From the NCBI GenBank assembly GCA_041169085.1, contig JBEEJT010000218.1, forward strand, positions 15,596-79,595: 64,000 bases of DNA, given 5' to 3'. Below the pieces are notes generated by a model that did no database searches, was not told the origin of the DNA, and worked only from the letters and a program-made list of their open reading frames with translations. Every line of letters starts with the position of its first letter. Positions within the stretch are counted from its first letter, which is position 1. Below are positions 52,604 through 62,014 of the stretch, piece by piece. The position numbers and the translations under genes are program-made. The DNA is from Pseudomonadota bacterium. GTDB lineage: Bacteria > Pseudomonadota > Gammaproteobacteria > Burkholderiales > Burkholderiaceae_C.

Positions 52604-53968
52604 ATGTCCGACCCCGCCCGCAGCGCCCTTCGTCCCGCCCTGTTGTCCGCCGTGCCCCGCGCGGCCTTTGGCAACCTGTTGGCCAAGTTGTTGATGGTGG
52701 GCCTGGGCTTGGGCATCACGGTCACCGTGGCCAGGCTGGGGACGCAAGTGCAGGGGGCGTTCGCGCTGTTTGTGGCGGTCGAGTCCGGCTTGCTGACTCT
52801 GTTTTCGGGCCTGGGCCTCTGGTTGGCCAGGCAGATGTCGCGGCAGGCGGGCGGCGAGTCGGGCGCGAGCGTGGCCAGCTTGCCGATGTTGCAGGGCGTG
52901 TTGCGTGCGGCGGTGGGGCTGGGCTTGCTGGCCGCGCTGGCGCTGCTGGGCGTGTCTTGGTGGGCCGACACCTTGCCTTATGCCAAGCTCTGGCTGCTGG
53001 CCCTGGGCGCGCCCTTTTTGTTGCTGGTGCCCACGGCCACCGGGCTGTGGCTGGGCCAGGGCCGGATGTGGCCGATCAACGTGGCCCAGGTGGCCTCGCC
53101 CGCGTTGGTGTTGTTGGCCTTGTTGGGCTTCCTGAACTTCCACGAGGGTGAGGTGTTGCGCCGGGCGCCCACGGTGGTGCTGGTGTTGGTGGCTTGGGTG
53201 GCGGGCAAGTCGCTGGTGGGGGCGTTGACGGCCTTTCGGGCCCTGCGCGACGCCGATCGGGGCGACGCCCTGGCGGCAGGCGAACAAGCCACCACGCGCC
53301 TGGGCGAGTTCCAGCGTGCGCCTCAAGGCTGGTGGTCTGACTGGCGATTCGTGGCCACCATTGGGGTGACCAATGTGGTGTCGCTGCTCAACTACCGGGC
53401 GTCTTTGTTCCTGGTCGAACATTTTCACGGCCTGGGCGTGGCCGGCACCTATTCCATTGCCGTGACGGTGGCCGAACTGTTGTGGCTGCTGTCGTCTTCG
53501 GTGACGGTTTCGGCTTACGCCCGCATTGGCCACCCAGACCTGAAGGTGGCCTCGGCCATGACGGTGCACGCGGTGCGCATCAATGTCCTGGCCACGCTGG
53601 TGGCGGCGCCGGTGTTGCTGGCGCTGGCCTGGTGGGGCGTGCCGCTGGTGATGGGCGAGGCGTATCAGGCTTCGCTGCTGCCGCTGGCGGCGTTGCTGCC
53701 GGGGGTGGCGGCCTACGCGGCGGCGTCCAGCTTGTCGGCGTTCTACACCAACCACCTGGGGCGGCCCCAGTTGTCTGGCGCGATTGCGGCCACGTCGCTG
53801 GCCATCAGCTTTGCGCTGGGTTGCGTGCTGGTGCCCCGCTACGGTGCTGCTGGTGCGGGCATGGCGTCGAGTCTGGGCTACATCCTGGCCATCGCGGCGG
53901 CCTATGGTGTGTTCCTGAAACACGCCCAGCTGCCGCTGTCGGCCTTGTGGCGACGCGGCAGCGTTTGA
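52604..53968 (+). CDS. Wzx-like (MOP superfamily) oligosaccharide flippase
   Basis: About a dozen hydrophobic segments; LLNYRASLFLV, GTYSIAV, LVPRYGAAGAGMASS; next to glycosyltransferases. Confidence 0.78.
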   Translation: MSDPARSALRPALLSAVPRAAFGNLLAKLLMVGLGLGITVTVARLGTQVQGAFALFVAVESGLLTLFSGLGLWLARQMSRQAGGESGASVASLPMLQGVLRAAVGLGLLAALALLGVSWWADTLPYAKLWLLALGAPFLLLVPTATGLWLGQGRMWPINVAQVASPALVLLALLGFLNFHEGEVLRRAPTVVLVLVAWVAGKSLVGALTAFRALRDADRGDALAAGEQATTRLGEFQRAPQGWWSDWRFVATIGVTNVVSLLNYRASLFLVEHFHGLGVAGTYSIAVTVAELLWLLSSSVTVSAYARIGHPDLKVASAMTVHAVRINVLATLVAAPVLLALAWWGVPLVMGEAYQASLLPLAALLPGVAAYAAASSLSAFYTNHLGRPQLSGAIAATSLAISFALGCVLVPRYGAAGAGMASSLGYILAIAAAYGVFLKHAQLPLSALWRRGSV

Positions 53969-53982
53969 GGCTCAAGCCGGGG

Positions 53983-55197
53983 TCACTGGCCCACGGCCTT
54001 GTAAACGGCGTCTTTCCAGCCGAAGAAATACGGGTGCCAGAAACCCATGTGGCGCTGGGTCATGACGACGCCGGCCAAGCCGCTATCCGGGTGCATGAAC
54101 CAGTGCGTGCCGGCCAGGCCGCCCCACTGGAATTCGCCGGTGGAGCTGGCGGGGTCGAACGGGCTGGGCTGCAGCGTCACGGCGCCGCCCAGGCCAAAGC
54201 CCTTGCCGCGCACTTCGCCAAAGGCCGCGAAGCTGATGAAGCGGCCGTCAGGCAGCTGGTTGCGCATCATCATGGCCAGCGTCTCTGGCTTGAGCAGGGC
54301 GGGTTCGGGGTGAGCGTCTGAGGGCGGCGTGAGGCCGCGCATCAGGGCCACCATGTCGGGCAAGGTGCTGACCAGGCCGCCACCACCCGATTGCCACGGC
54401 GCTTCATGCAGGTAGGCGCCGGGGTAAGGGTAGGTGTCCTTGCGGCTCAGGCCGGGCTTGAACGGGTTGTTCAGGTCGGCGCCCACGTACATGGCCGTCA
54501 GCCGGTCGTGGTGGGCGGGCGGGATGGCGAAGGCCGTGTCCGCCATGCCCAGGGGCGCACAGATGCGCTGTTGCAGCACATCCTTGAACGGCTGGCCGCT
54601 GGCCACCTCGACCACGCGGCCCAACACGTCGGTGGCCACGGAGTATTGCCAGCCTTCGCCCGGCTGGTAGAGCAGCGGCAATTCGGCCAGCTTGTTGCAC
54701 ATGTCGTCCAGCGTCTGCAAGGGGTGCAGCACGGCCTTGGCCTTGTAGGCCTGGAAGGTGGGCTTGCTTGGGTCCAGCAGGCCGTAGTCCAGGCCTGAGC
54801 TGTGCGTCAGCAGGTGCCGCACGGTGATGGGGCGGCGCAGGGGTTCGGTGTCGTCCAGCGAGGTGGCGCCCGGCTTGAGCACCTTCAGATGGGCCAGTTG
54901 CGGCACCCATTCGCTGGCCGGGGCGTCCAGGTCGAGCCGGCCTGCTTCCCACAGTTGCAAGGCGGCCACCGAAGTCAGCAGCTTGGTGTTGGAGAACGCC
55001 CGGAAGATGTGGTCGGTGCGCATGGGCGTGCCGGCTTCCCGGTCGGCGTGGCCCACCGTGTGGACGTCGAGCACGTCGCGCCCGCGCAGCACGGCGCAGG
55101 TGGCGCCTGCCAGCAACTCCTTGTCGATGTGGTTGCGCAGCACGGTGTGGGCAGCGCTGAAATCGTGGCCGTGGTCGATGGGGTGGAGGGTGGTCAT
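53983..55197 (-). CDS. Beta-lactamase-fold serine hydrolase (family VIII esterase-like)
   Basis: FRAFSNTK (SxxK), ITVRHLLTHSSG, WQYSV, GGGGLVST, WGGLAGT. Confidence 0.87.
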   Translation of the reverse strand: MTTLHPIDHGHDFSAAHTVLRNHIDKELLAGATCAVLRGRDVLDVHTVGHADREAGTPMRTDHIFRAFSNTKLLTSVAALQLWEAGRLDLDAPASEWVPQLAHLKVLKPGATSLDDTEPLRRPITVRHLLTHSSGLDYGLLDPSKPTFQAYKAKAVLHPLQTLDDMCNKLAELPLLYQPGEGWQYSVATDVLGRVVEVASGQPFKDVLQQRICAPLGMADTAFAIPPAHHDRLTAMYVGADLNNPFKPGLSRKDTYPYPGAYLHEAPWQSGGGGLVSTLPDMVALMRGLTPPSDAHPEPALLKPETLAMMMRNQLPDGRFISFAAFGEVRGKGFGLGGAVTLQPSPFDPASSTGEFQWGGLAGTHWFMHPDSGLAGVVMTQRHMGFWHPYFFGWKDAVYKAVGQ

Positions 55198-55313
55198 GCG
55201 GTTGCGGGGGGCGAATGGGGAGGGGGCCGAGGCCCACGCGGCAATCAACGACAATACCAGCTTGCCCACCCCTTTGGGCACCCGGCTTGCCCGCAGGGGC
55301 GGCTGCCCCACCC

Positions 55314-55955
55314 ATGTCCTTCCTGACCGAGCGCATCAAACACCCCGTGGTACGCCTGCTGGCCGCTTTCACCGGCCCGCGGGTGGTTTACGGCTGGCGC
55401 AACGCCGATGGCAGCTGGAGCCCGCACACCCGCGTCAGCACCCACACCTGCATCGAAGGCCGCGAAGGGTTGCACCTGGGTGACCACGTGTTCATCGGCC
55501 ACTTCAACCGCCTCGATGGCTCCAACGGACTGGTGATCGAAGAAGGGGTGCAGGTGACCAACTACGTATCGGTGCTCACGCATTCCAGCCACAAAGCGGT
55601 GCGCGTGATGGGGCGGCGCTACATCGGCGACGCCGACCCGGTGGGCTACATCCGCCGTTCGACGCACGTCGGGGCTTACAGCTTCCTGGGCCCGCACAGC
55701 GTGGTCGCCGCGGGTGCGCGCATCGGCAAGGGCGTGATCGTGCAGGGCTACAGCTATGTGTCGGGCGACGTGCCCGACTTCGCCATCGTGGGCCCCGCTG
55801 CGCCGGGCAAGCCTGCCGTGGTGATCGGTGACTCGCGCGACATGGACGCGGCCTTGCTGCGCGCGCACCCCGAGTTGCAGCCGGTGTATGCCCAATGGGC
55901 GGGCCGCGCGGCCATGGACGACGCGGTGCGCCGCCAAGTGAAAGGACAGGGATGA
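55314..55955 (+). CDS. Hexapeptide-repeat (LbH) acyltransferase
   Basis: LHLGDHVFIG, VIEEGVQV, THVGAYSFLG, ARIGKGVIV; ATGA-coupled to GT4. Confidence 0.82.
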   Translation: MSFLTERIKHPVVRLLAAFTGPRVVYGWRNADGSWSPHTRVSTHTCIEGREGLHLGDHVFIGHFNRLDGSNGLVIEEGVQVTNYVSVLTHSSHKAVRVMGRRYIGDADPVGYIRRSTHVGAYSFLGPHSVVAAGARIGKGVIVQGYSYVSGDVPDFAIVGPAAPGKPAVVIGDSRDMDAALLRAHPELQPVYAQWAGRAAMDDAVRRQVKGQG

Positions 55956-57139
55956 GCGCCGTGCGCCAGGAGTCGACGTTGCCCGCAGGCCACCACCGCA
56001 CCGCTGTGTGTGAAGGCGAGAAGCTGCGCATCTTGTTCTTCGCCGACGCCTCCAGCGTGCACACCCGCCGGTGGGTGGCCGCCGCCGTGGAGCGCGGCGC
56101 CGAAGCCGTGGTGGTGACGCGCTTGCCGGGCGAGGTGCCGGGGGCGCGCGAGGTGATCGCCTTGCGCCCCGGTGGCGACAAGCTGGGCTGGTTCCAGGCG
56201 GTGCCGGCCTTGCGCAAGCTCGTGCGTGAACTGTTGCCTCGCTTCAACCCGCACATCGTGCACGGCCACTATGTGACGTCTTACGGCATGTGGGCGGCGG
56301 CCTGCGGCCTGGACCGCCCCACCGTGCTCACCGCCTGGGGCAGCGACATCCTGGTCACGCCGCGCGAGAGCAAGCTCATGCGCATGGTGGTGAAGTGGTC
56401 CTTGCGTCACGCCGACCTGATCACCGCCGACTCGCTGGACATGGTGGAAGAGATCGCACAGGTCTACCACCCCGCAGCGCCTTGCCACCAGATCTTGTGG
56501 GGCGCCGACACCGACAAGTTCGCGCCCGCCACGCCTGCGCCCGGCTTCGAGGTGGTGAGCCTGCGCAGCTGGGAGCCCAACTACAACATCGACACCATCT
56601 TGCAGGGCTTCGCCGACTTTGCTGCCCAACGCCCGCAGGCCGAGCCCAAGCTGCACCTGCTGGGTGGTGGCGCCCTGGCTGAAACGCTGAAGGCGCAGAT
56701 CTCGCAACTGGGCCTGACCGAGCGCGTGGTGCTGCACGGCCGTGTCGGCGACCAGGCCATGGTGGACGCCATCCAGCGCAGCCGCGTGAGCGTGTCGGTG
56801 CCCACTTCGGACGCCACCTCGGTGTCGGTGCTGGAGTCGATGGCCTGCGGTTTGCCCATCGTGGCCAGCGACTTGCCCGCCAACCGCCAATGGCTGGACG
56901 AGCGCGGCGGCTGGCTGGTGCCCCCGCGTGACGCCGCTGCGCTCACCCAGGCGCTGCTGCAAGCTTGCGACCACCCGCAGCAGCTGGCCCAGATGGGGCA
57001 GCACAACCGTGACCTGATCGAGCGTGAAGCCTCGCGCCGCGGCCAGATGGACGCCATGTGGCGCCTCTATCAAAAGCTGCTGGAGCCCTGTGTGCCGCGC
57101 CACCAGCGCCCGAGGCCCACACAGGCCCTTCGTCCATGA
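55952..57139 (+). CDS. GT4-family glycosyltransferase
   Basis: IVHGHY, TAWGSD, SLRSWEPNYNID, SVLESMACGLPIVASD. Confidence 0.88.
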   Translation: MSAVRQESTLPAGHHRTAVCEGEKLRILFFADASSVHTRRWVAAAVERGAEAVVVTRLPGEVPGAREVIALRPGGDKLGWFQAVPALRKLVRELLPRFNPHIVHGHYVTSYGMWAAACGLDRPTVLTAWGSDILVTPRESKLMRMVVKWSLRHADLITADSLDMVEEIAQVYHPAAPCHQILWGADTDKFAPATPAPGFEVVSLRSWEPNYNIDTILQGFADFAAQRPQAEPKLHLLGGGALAETLKAQISQLGLTERVVLHGRVGDQAMVDAIQRSRVSVSVPTSDATSVSVLESMACGLPIVASDLPANRQWLDERGGWLVPPRDAAALTQALLQACDHPQQLAQMGQHNRDLIEREASRRGQMDAMWRLYQKLLEPCVPRHQRPRPTQALRP

Positions 57140-57155
57140 ACCCTCAGGTCCTGGC

Positions 57156-58358
57156 ATGAGTGAACACGTGGGCGTGCCGCCCAGCCCCCTGGCCACCGAC
57201 CTGGTGCCCCAGACCGCCGAGCCGGGCGCGCGTGCGCTGGTCAGCGTCATCGTGCCTTGCCGCAACGAGTTCCTGCACATCACGCCGTTTTGCGACAGCG
57301 TGGCTGCGCAACAGTTGCCCGAAGGCTGGCGCATGGAAGTGCTCATCGCCGACGGCCAGAGCGACGACGGCACCCGTGCGCTGATCGAAGCCCGCGCCGA
57401 GGCCGACCCCCGTTTCGTGTTGGTCGACAACCCCGGGCGCATCGTGTCGTGTGGCCTCAACCGCTGCCTGGCGCAGTCGCATGGCGAGTTCATCGTGCGG
57501 CTCGACGTGCACACGGTGTACGCGGCCGACTACGTGGCCCAATGCATCGCCACCTGGCAGCGCACCGGCGCGGACAACGTGGGTGGCCCCTGGCGTGCCC
57601 AGGCCCCGGATGGTCCGACCCACGCGGTGCAGCGCGCCGTGGCGGCCGCCTTCCAGTCGCGCCTGGTTTCGGGCGGCGCCTTGTCTCGCGACCTGGCTTA
57701 CGACGGCGAAGTCGACACCGTCTACCTGGGCTCCTGGCCCCGTGCCACCTTCGCCCGCTTCGGTGGCTTCGACGAGCGCCTGGTGCGCAACCAGGACGAC
57801 GAACACAACCTGCGCATCCACCGGGGTGGTGGCCGCATCTGGCAGTCGGCGGCCATCCGCAGCCTGTATTGCCCGCGGGCCAACGTGGGCGACGTGTTCC
57901 GCCAATACCGCCAATACGGCTACTGGAAGCCCTTTGTGATGCGCAAGCACGGCCAGGCGGCCGCCCTGCGCCACCTGGTGCCAGGCTTGTTCGTGTTGGC
58001 CTTTTTCGTGCTGGTGCTGGCGGTGGTGCTGGGCAGCGTGGCCGTGGCCCTGTTGCCGCCGCTGCACCCCTTGCGCTGGCCTGCCGTGTGGCTCGCCACG
58101 CTGGGCACGGGTGGCTTGCTGGGCCAGACCCTGCTCTACGGCACCGCCGTGGCCGCCATGTGCCAACGCATCGGCCAAGGCCTGAAGGACGACCATGGCG
58201 GCCAGGTGCCGCCCGAGCGAGAGGTGAGCACCTGGCGCCACCTGCCCGACGTGATCGCCGCTTACCACCTGGGCTACGGGCTGGGCTCGTTGCGCGGCTG
58301 GTGGGATGTGCTGCGCGGCCGCTCGCCCGACCCGGCCTATGGCCGCCTCACCCGTTGA
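57156..58358 (+). CDS. GT2-family glycosyltransferase (ExoA-like) with C-terminal TM helices
   Basis: SVIVPCRNE, DGQSDDGT, RLDVH, GGFDERLVRNQDDEHNLR, QYRQYGYWK. Confidence 0.87.
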   Translation: MSEHVGVPPSPLATDLVPQTAEPGARALVSVIVPCRNEFLHITPFCDSVAAQQLPEGWRMEVLIADGQSDDGTRALIEARAEADPRFVLVDNPGRIVSCGLNRCLAQSHGEFIVRLDVHTVYAADYVAQCIATWQRTGADNVGGPWRAQAPDGPTHAVQRAVAAAFQSRLVSGGALSRDLAYDGEVDTVYLGSWPRATFARFGGFDERLVRNQDDEHNLRIHRGGGRIWQSAAIRSLYCPRANVGDVFRQYRQYGYWKPFVMRKHGQAAALRHLVPGLFVLAFFVLVLAVVLGSVAVALLPPLHPLRWPAVWLATLGTGGLLGQTLLYGTAVAAMCQRIGQGLKDDHGGQVPPEREVSTWRHLPDVIAAYHLGYGLGSLRGWWDVLRGRSPDPAYGRLTR

Positions 58359-58373
58359 TTTGACCGGACCCCC

Positions 58374-59558
58374 ATGAGCCAAGACAACAAGCTGCCCTTC
58401 CTGCCGTTTGCCCTGCCCGAGATCGGCGAAGAAGAGATCGCCGAAGTGGTCGACACCTTGCGTTCCGGCTGGGTCACCACCGGCCCCAAGGCCCGCCAGT
58501 TCGAGCAGGCCTTCGTGCAATACCTGGACCAGGGCCACGCCGACAGCGGCCTGCAGGCGATCGCCGTGAACTCCGCCACCGCTGGCCTGCACCTGGCGCT
58601 CGAAGCGCTGGGCATCGGCCCGGGCGACGAGGTCATCACCACCACCCACACCTTCACCGCCACGGCGGAAGTGGTGCGCTACCTGGGCGCCGACGTGAAG
58701 CTGGTGGACATCGACCCCGCCACGCTCAACATCGACTCGGCGGCCATCGAAGCGGCCATCACGCCCAAGACCAAGGCCATCATGCCGGTGCATTACGCCG
58801 GCCTGTCGGTGGACATGGACGCCATTGCCGCGATCGCGGCCAAGCATGGCCTGAAGGTGGTCGAAGACGCGGCCCACGCGCTGCCCACCACCTGGCGCGG
58901 CCAGCTGATCGGCACCTTGAAGAGCGACGCCGTGGTCTTCAGCTTCTACGCCAACAAGACCATGACCACGGGCGAAGGCGGCATGCTGGTCACGCGCGAT
59001 GCCGCGCTGGCCGCGCGCGCCAAGGTCATGCGCCTGCACGGCATCAACCGCGACGCCTTCGACCGCTTCACGGCCAAGGTGCCCAGCTGGTACTACGAGA
59101 TCGTCGCCCCCGGCTTCAAGTACAACCTGACCGACATCGCTGCCGCGATGGGCCTGCACCAGCTCAAGCGCATCGAGGGCTTCCGCACCCGCCGCGAAGC
59201 GATCGCCCGCCGCTACGACGAAGCCTTGGCTGACCTGCCCATCGTCTTGCCGCCGCGCCCTGTCCACGCCGAAGACGTGCACTCTTGGCACCTCTACGTG
59301 GTGCGCCTGGCCGACGACCAGCTGAACCGCGACGCCGTGATCGAAAGCCTGTTCAACGACGGCATCGGCGTGAGCGTGCACTACATCCCGCTGCACTTGC
59401 ACCCCTATTGGAAAGAGCGCTACGACCTGAAGCCCGAGGCCTTCCCGCACAGCCAGCGGGCTTACGAGCGCATGTTGACCTTGCCGCTGTACACCCGCAT
59501 GACGGACGACGACGTCGAGCGCGTCATCGCGGCCGTGCGTCGGGCCGTGGGCCGCTGA
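58374..59558 (+). CDS. DegT/DnrJ/EryC1/StrS PLP-dependent sugar aminotransferase (WlbF/PglC-like)
   Basis: [45 protein letters not shown]. Confidence 0.92.
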   Translation: MSQDNKLPFLPFALPEIGEEEIAEVVDTLRSGWVTTGPKARQFEQAFVQYLDQGHADSGLQAIAVNSATAGLHLALEALGIGPGDEVITTTHTFTATAEVVRYLGADVKLVDIDPATLNIDSAAIEAAITPKTKAIMPVHYAGLSVDMDAIAAIAAKHGLKVVEDAAHALPTTWRGQLIGTLKSDAVVFSFYANKTMTTGEGGMLVTRDAALAARAKVMRLHGINRDAFDRFTAKVPSWYYEIVAPGFKYNLTDIAAAMGLHQLKRIEGFRTRREAIARRYDEALADLPIVLPPRPVHAEDVHSWHLYVVRLADDQLNRDAVIESLFNDGIGVSVHYIPLHLHPYWKERYDLKPEAFPHSQRAYERMLTLPLYTRMTDDDVERVIAAVRRAVGR

Positions 59559-59582
59559 GTTGGCGAGCGAGAAGTCGAGTTG

Positions 59583-60179
59583 ATGGCCAAGCGCGCGTTC
59601 GACCTGCTGCTGTCTTCACTGGGCCTGCTGCTGCTGTCGCCGGTGTTGCTGCTCATGGCGTTGGCGGTGAAGCTCGACTCGCCCGGGCCGGTCTTCTACC
59701 GGCAGGAGCGGGTGGGCTTGCACGGGCGGGTGTTTCGCATCCACAAGTTCCGCACCATGCACCACAACCCGCAGGCCCTGGGCTTGCAGATCACCGTGGG
59801 GCGCGACCCGCGCATCACCCGCGTCGGGCATTGGCTGCGCGAGACCAAGGCCGACGAGCTCGCCCAGCTCCTCGACGTGTGGCTGGGCGACATGAGCCTG
59901 GTGGGGCCTCGCCCCGAGGTGCCGCGCTACGTGGCCCATTACCCGTCGGCCATGAAAGCCAAGGTGCTGTCGGTCAAGCCGGGCATCACCGACATCGCCA
60001 GCATCGAGTACCGCGATGAAAACCGCATCCTCGCGCAAGCGGCCGACCCCGAACACGCCTACATCCACGACGTGATGCCCCACAAGCTGGCACTGGCGGC
60101 GCAGTATGTGGACCAGGCTTCGGTGTGGCTGGACATCCAGCTGATCTGGCGCACGGTGCGGGCCATCGTCCGGCACTGA
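59583..60179 (+). CDS. Monotopic phosphoglycosyl transferase (WlbG/PglC-like initiating sugar transferase)
   Basis: [47 protein letters not shown]. Confidence 0.9.
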   Translation: MAKRAFDLLLSSLGLLLLSPVLLLMALAVKLDSPGPVFYRQERVGLHGRVFRIHKFRTMHHNPQALGLQITVGRDPRITRVGHWLRETKADELAQLLDVWLGDMSLVGPRPEVPRYVAHYPSAMKAKVLSVKPGITDIASIEYRDENRILAQAADPEHAYIHDVMPHKLALAAQYVDQASVWLDIQLIWRTVRAIVRH

Positions 60180-60197
60180 CTGGCGCCGCAACGCAGG

Positions 60198-60674
60198 TCA
60201 ATCGCGCGGGGCCGGGGCGTCGCTGATGCGCAGCAACATGGCGCGCAGGGTGCTCAGGTCCGAGTCGGCCAACATGCGCGTGGCTTCCTGATCGCAGGCC
60301 TGCACGGCGCGGGTGATCTCGACCAGGTCGCGCTCGCCTTTGTCGGTCAGCACCAGGGCGAAAGCCCGGGCGTCACCCGGCACGGTCTGGCGCTCCATGT
60401 AGTTCAGGGCTTCCAAAGCGTCGACCAGGGCCACCACGCCAGAGCGGGCGATGCCCATGATGCGGGCCAAGTCGGTGAGCTTGAGCCCGGGGTTCAGCGA
60501 CACGATGGTCATCGCTGAGAAGCGCTGTGGCGTGATCGACCACGAGGCCAGCGCCGATTCGAAAAACTCGTAGAGCCGGATCTGCGCGCGGCGCACCGCG
60601 TAGCCAGTCAGTTCATCGAGGATGCCGTATCGGATGCCCGGCACACGGGGCACGAATCGGTCGTTGTCGGCCAT
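60198..60674 (-). CDS. MarR-family transcriptional regulator
   Basis: GYAVRRAQ, ITPQRF, LTDLARIMGIARSGVVALVDALE, LVLTDKG. Confidence 0.85.
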   Translation of the reverse strand: MADNDRFVPRVPGIRYGILDELTGYAVRRAQIRLYEFFESALASWSITPQRFSAMTIVSLNPGLKLTDLARIMGIARSGVVALVDALEALNYMERQTVPGDARAFALVLTDKGERDLVEITRAVQACDQEATRMLADSDLSTLRAMLLRISDAPAPRD

Positions 60675-60773
60675 CGTTCAAGCAAGGAAAAGAAGGCGGG
60701 GATCGCCTGTTGGGCCATTGTAGGGACGCCGGTGACCCACCTGCGTGTGGACCGCGGCGTGTGGCGTGCCGAC

Positions 60774-60816
60774 AAAAAAAGAAACCAGGCGCAGCGGGTG
60801 ACCCGCTGGCACCTGG
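60774..60816 (-). terminator. Intrinsic terminator after the metal-protein gene
   Basis: CCAGG..CAGCGG-GTGAC-CCGCTG..CCTGG stem followed on the minus strand by TTTCTTTTTTT. Confidence 0.7.
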
Positions 60817-60863
60817 CCAGGAAGACGAATGTTAAAGACAGACTTGTTATGGGAGAAACAGGG

Positions 60864-61742
60864 TCAGTGGGCGGCCTGGAACATGGCGGCACCGGCCTGG
60901 CGGGCGTCGCCCGTGGTCTCGTAGGTCTGGACCCACACGCCGTAGCTGTGGATGGCGTCGTGTTGCCAGGGATGGAAGCCCGGCTTGAAGTAAGCCAGCA
61001 GCCCCAAGGTGTTGCGCGAGAAGATGCCCTTGGGGCCGTACAGCCACCAGGCCCCCTTGGCGCACAGCCACAGGCGTTGGAGCAGGTTGAAGCCATCGCC
61101 CTTCAGCAGCAGGTTGGTCAGGCGCATCGAGTCGACCACCAGCTTGTACAGCGCGTGGACCATGGCGGCGTTGCGCTTGAAGTAGCCCACCTTGGCCACC
61201 TTCTGCATCACGTCGAAGCACACGGCCTTGTGTTCCATTTCCTCGATCGCGTGCCAGGCCCACAGGGCGCGCACATTGGGGTCGGCCGGGGCCATCACTT
61301 CCTTCTTCTCGAACAGCATCTGGGCCATCATGGCCGTGAAGTGTTCGAAGGCCGACGTCAGCGCCAGGTTGTATTCGTTGGAGTACTTCTTGCCGTATTC
61401 GGCGAACAGCTTCTTGGCGTCGCGCACGATCTTGTCGACGTCGCAGCCCTGGTGGCGAAGCAAGTCGTTGTAGTGCGTGTGGGCGATGCCGTGTTGGCCT
61501 TCCTGGCGGATGAAGTTCTTCACGTCCTCGGCCAACTGCTTGTCGGCGATCAGGTTGCGGAAGGCGCGCACGCTGGTGATGAAGTAACGCTCGCCATCGG
61601 GGAAGGCCGCCTGCATGCCGTCGAACAGACGGGTCTGGAAGGGCTGGCCGCCGTACCACCAGCGCGGCGAATCGGCGGTGATCTGGAAGTCCAGCTGCTC
61701 GCGGGGCACGATGGGGTTCGGTGTGAAAGTCTGGCCGCTCAT
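60864..61742 (-). CDS. Predicted metal-dependent hydrolase family protein (EXXH motifs)
   Basis: [42 protein letters not shown]. Confidence 0.8.
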   Translation of the reverse strand: MSGQTFTPNPIVPREQLDFQITADSPRWWYGGQPFQTRLFDGMQAAFPDGERYFITSVRAFRNLIADKQLAEDVKNFIRQEGQHGIAHTHYNDLLRHQGCDVDKIVRDAKKLFAEYGKKYSNEYNLALTSAFEHFTAMMAQMLFEKKEVMAPADPNVRALWAWHAIEEMEHKAVCFDVMQKVAKVGYFKRNAAMVHALYKLVVDSMRLTNLLLKGDGFNLLQRLWLCAKGAWWLYGPKGIFSRNTLGLLAYFKPGFHPWQHDAIHSYGVWVQTYETTGDARQAGAAMFQAAH

Positions 61743-61831
61743 GGTGTGTCTCCTCGTCCTGACCCATCCCGGCGGGTGAACACCGCCTGTCGGATACGTC
61801 TTGTTGCCAGTTTACGAATGCGGCCTTTGCT

Positions 61832-61845
61832 TGACGTATACGTCA
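61832..61845. promoter_or_regulatory. Perfect 14-bp palindrome in the divergent promoter (candidate operator)
   Basis: TGACGTATACGTCA. Confidence 0.5.
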
Positions 61846-62014
61846 TCGCGACAAAAAGGCATCAGCGGCGACAGGCTGGTGGCTCAAGATGGCGGCCCGG
61901 CGGATCGCAATTGCGGGTTTGTGCGGAGTGCCGCGTGGCGGATGATGTCGGTTGTTCACCCCCTCGCGTCAGCCTGTACGCTGCGCGTTCCACTCCTTTC
62001 TTCCTGGTCTGCCC

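Noticed and set aside
53983-55197. Beta-lactam resistance gene
   Set aside because: There is no signal peptide, and no class C KTG triad or YxN motif is evident (YSV and WGG instead), which fits an esterase.
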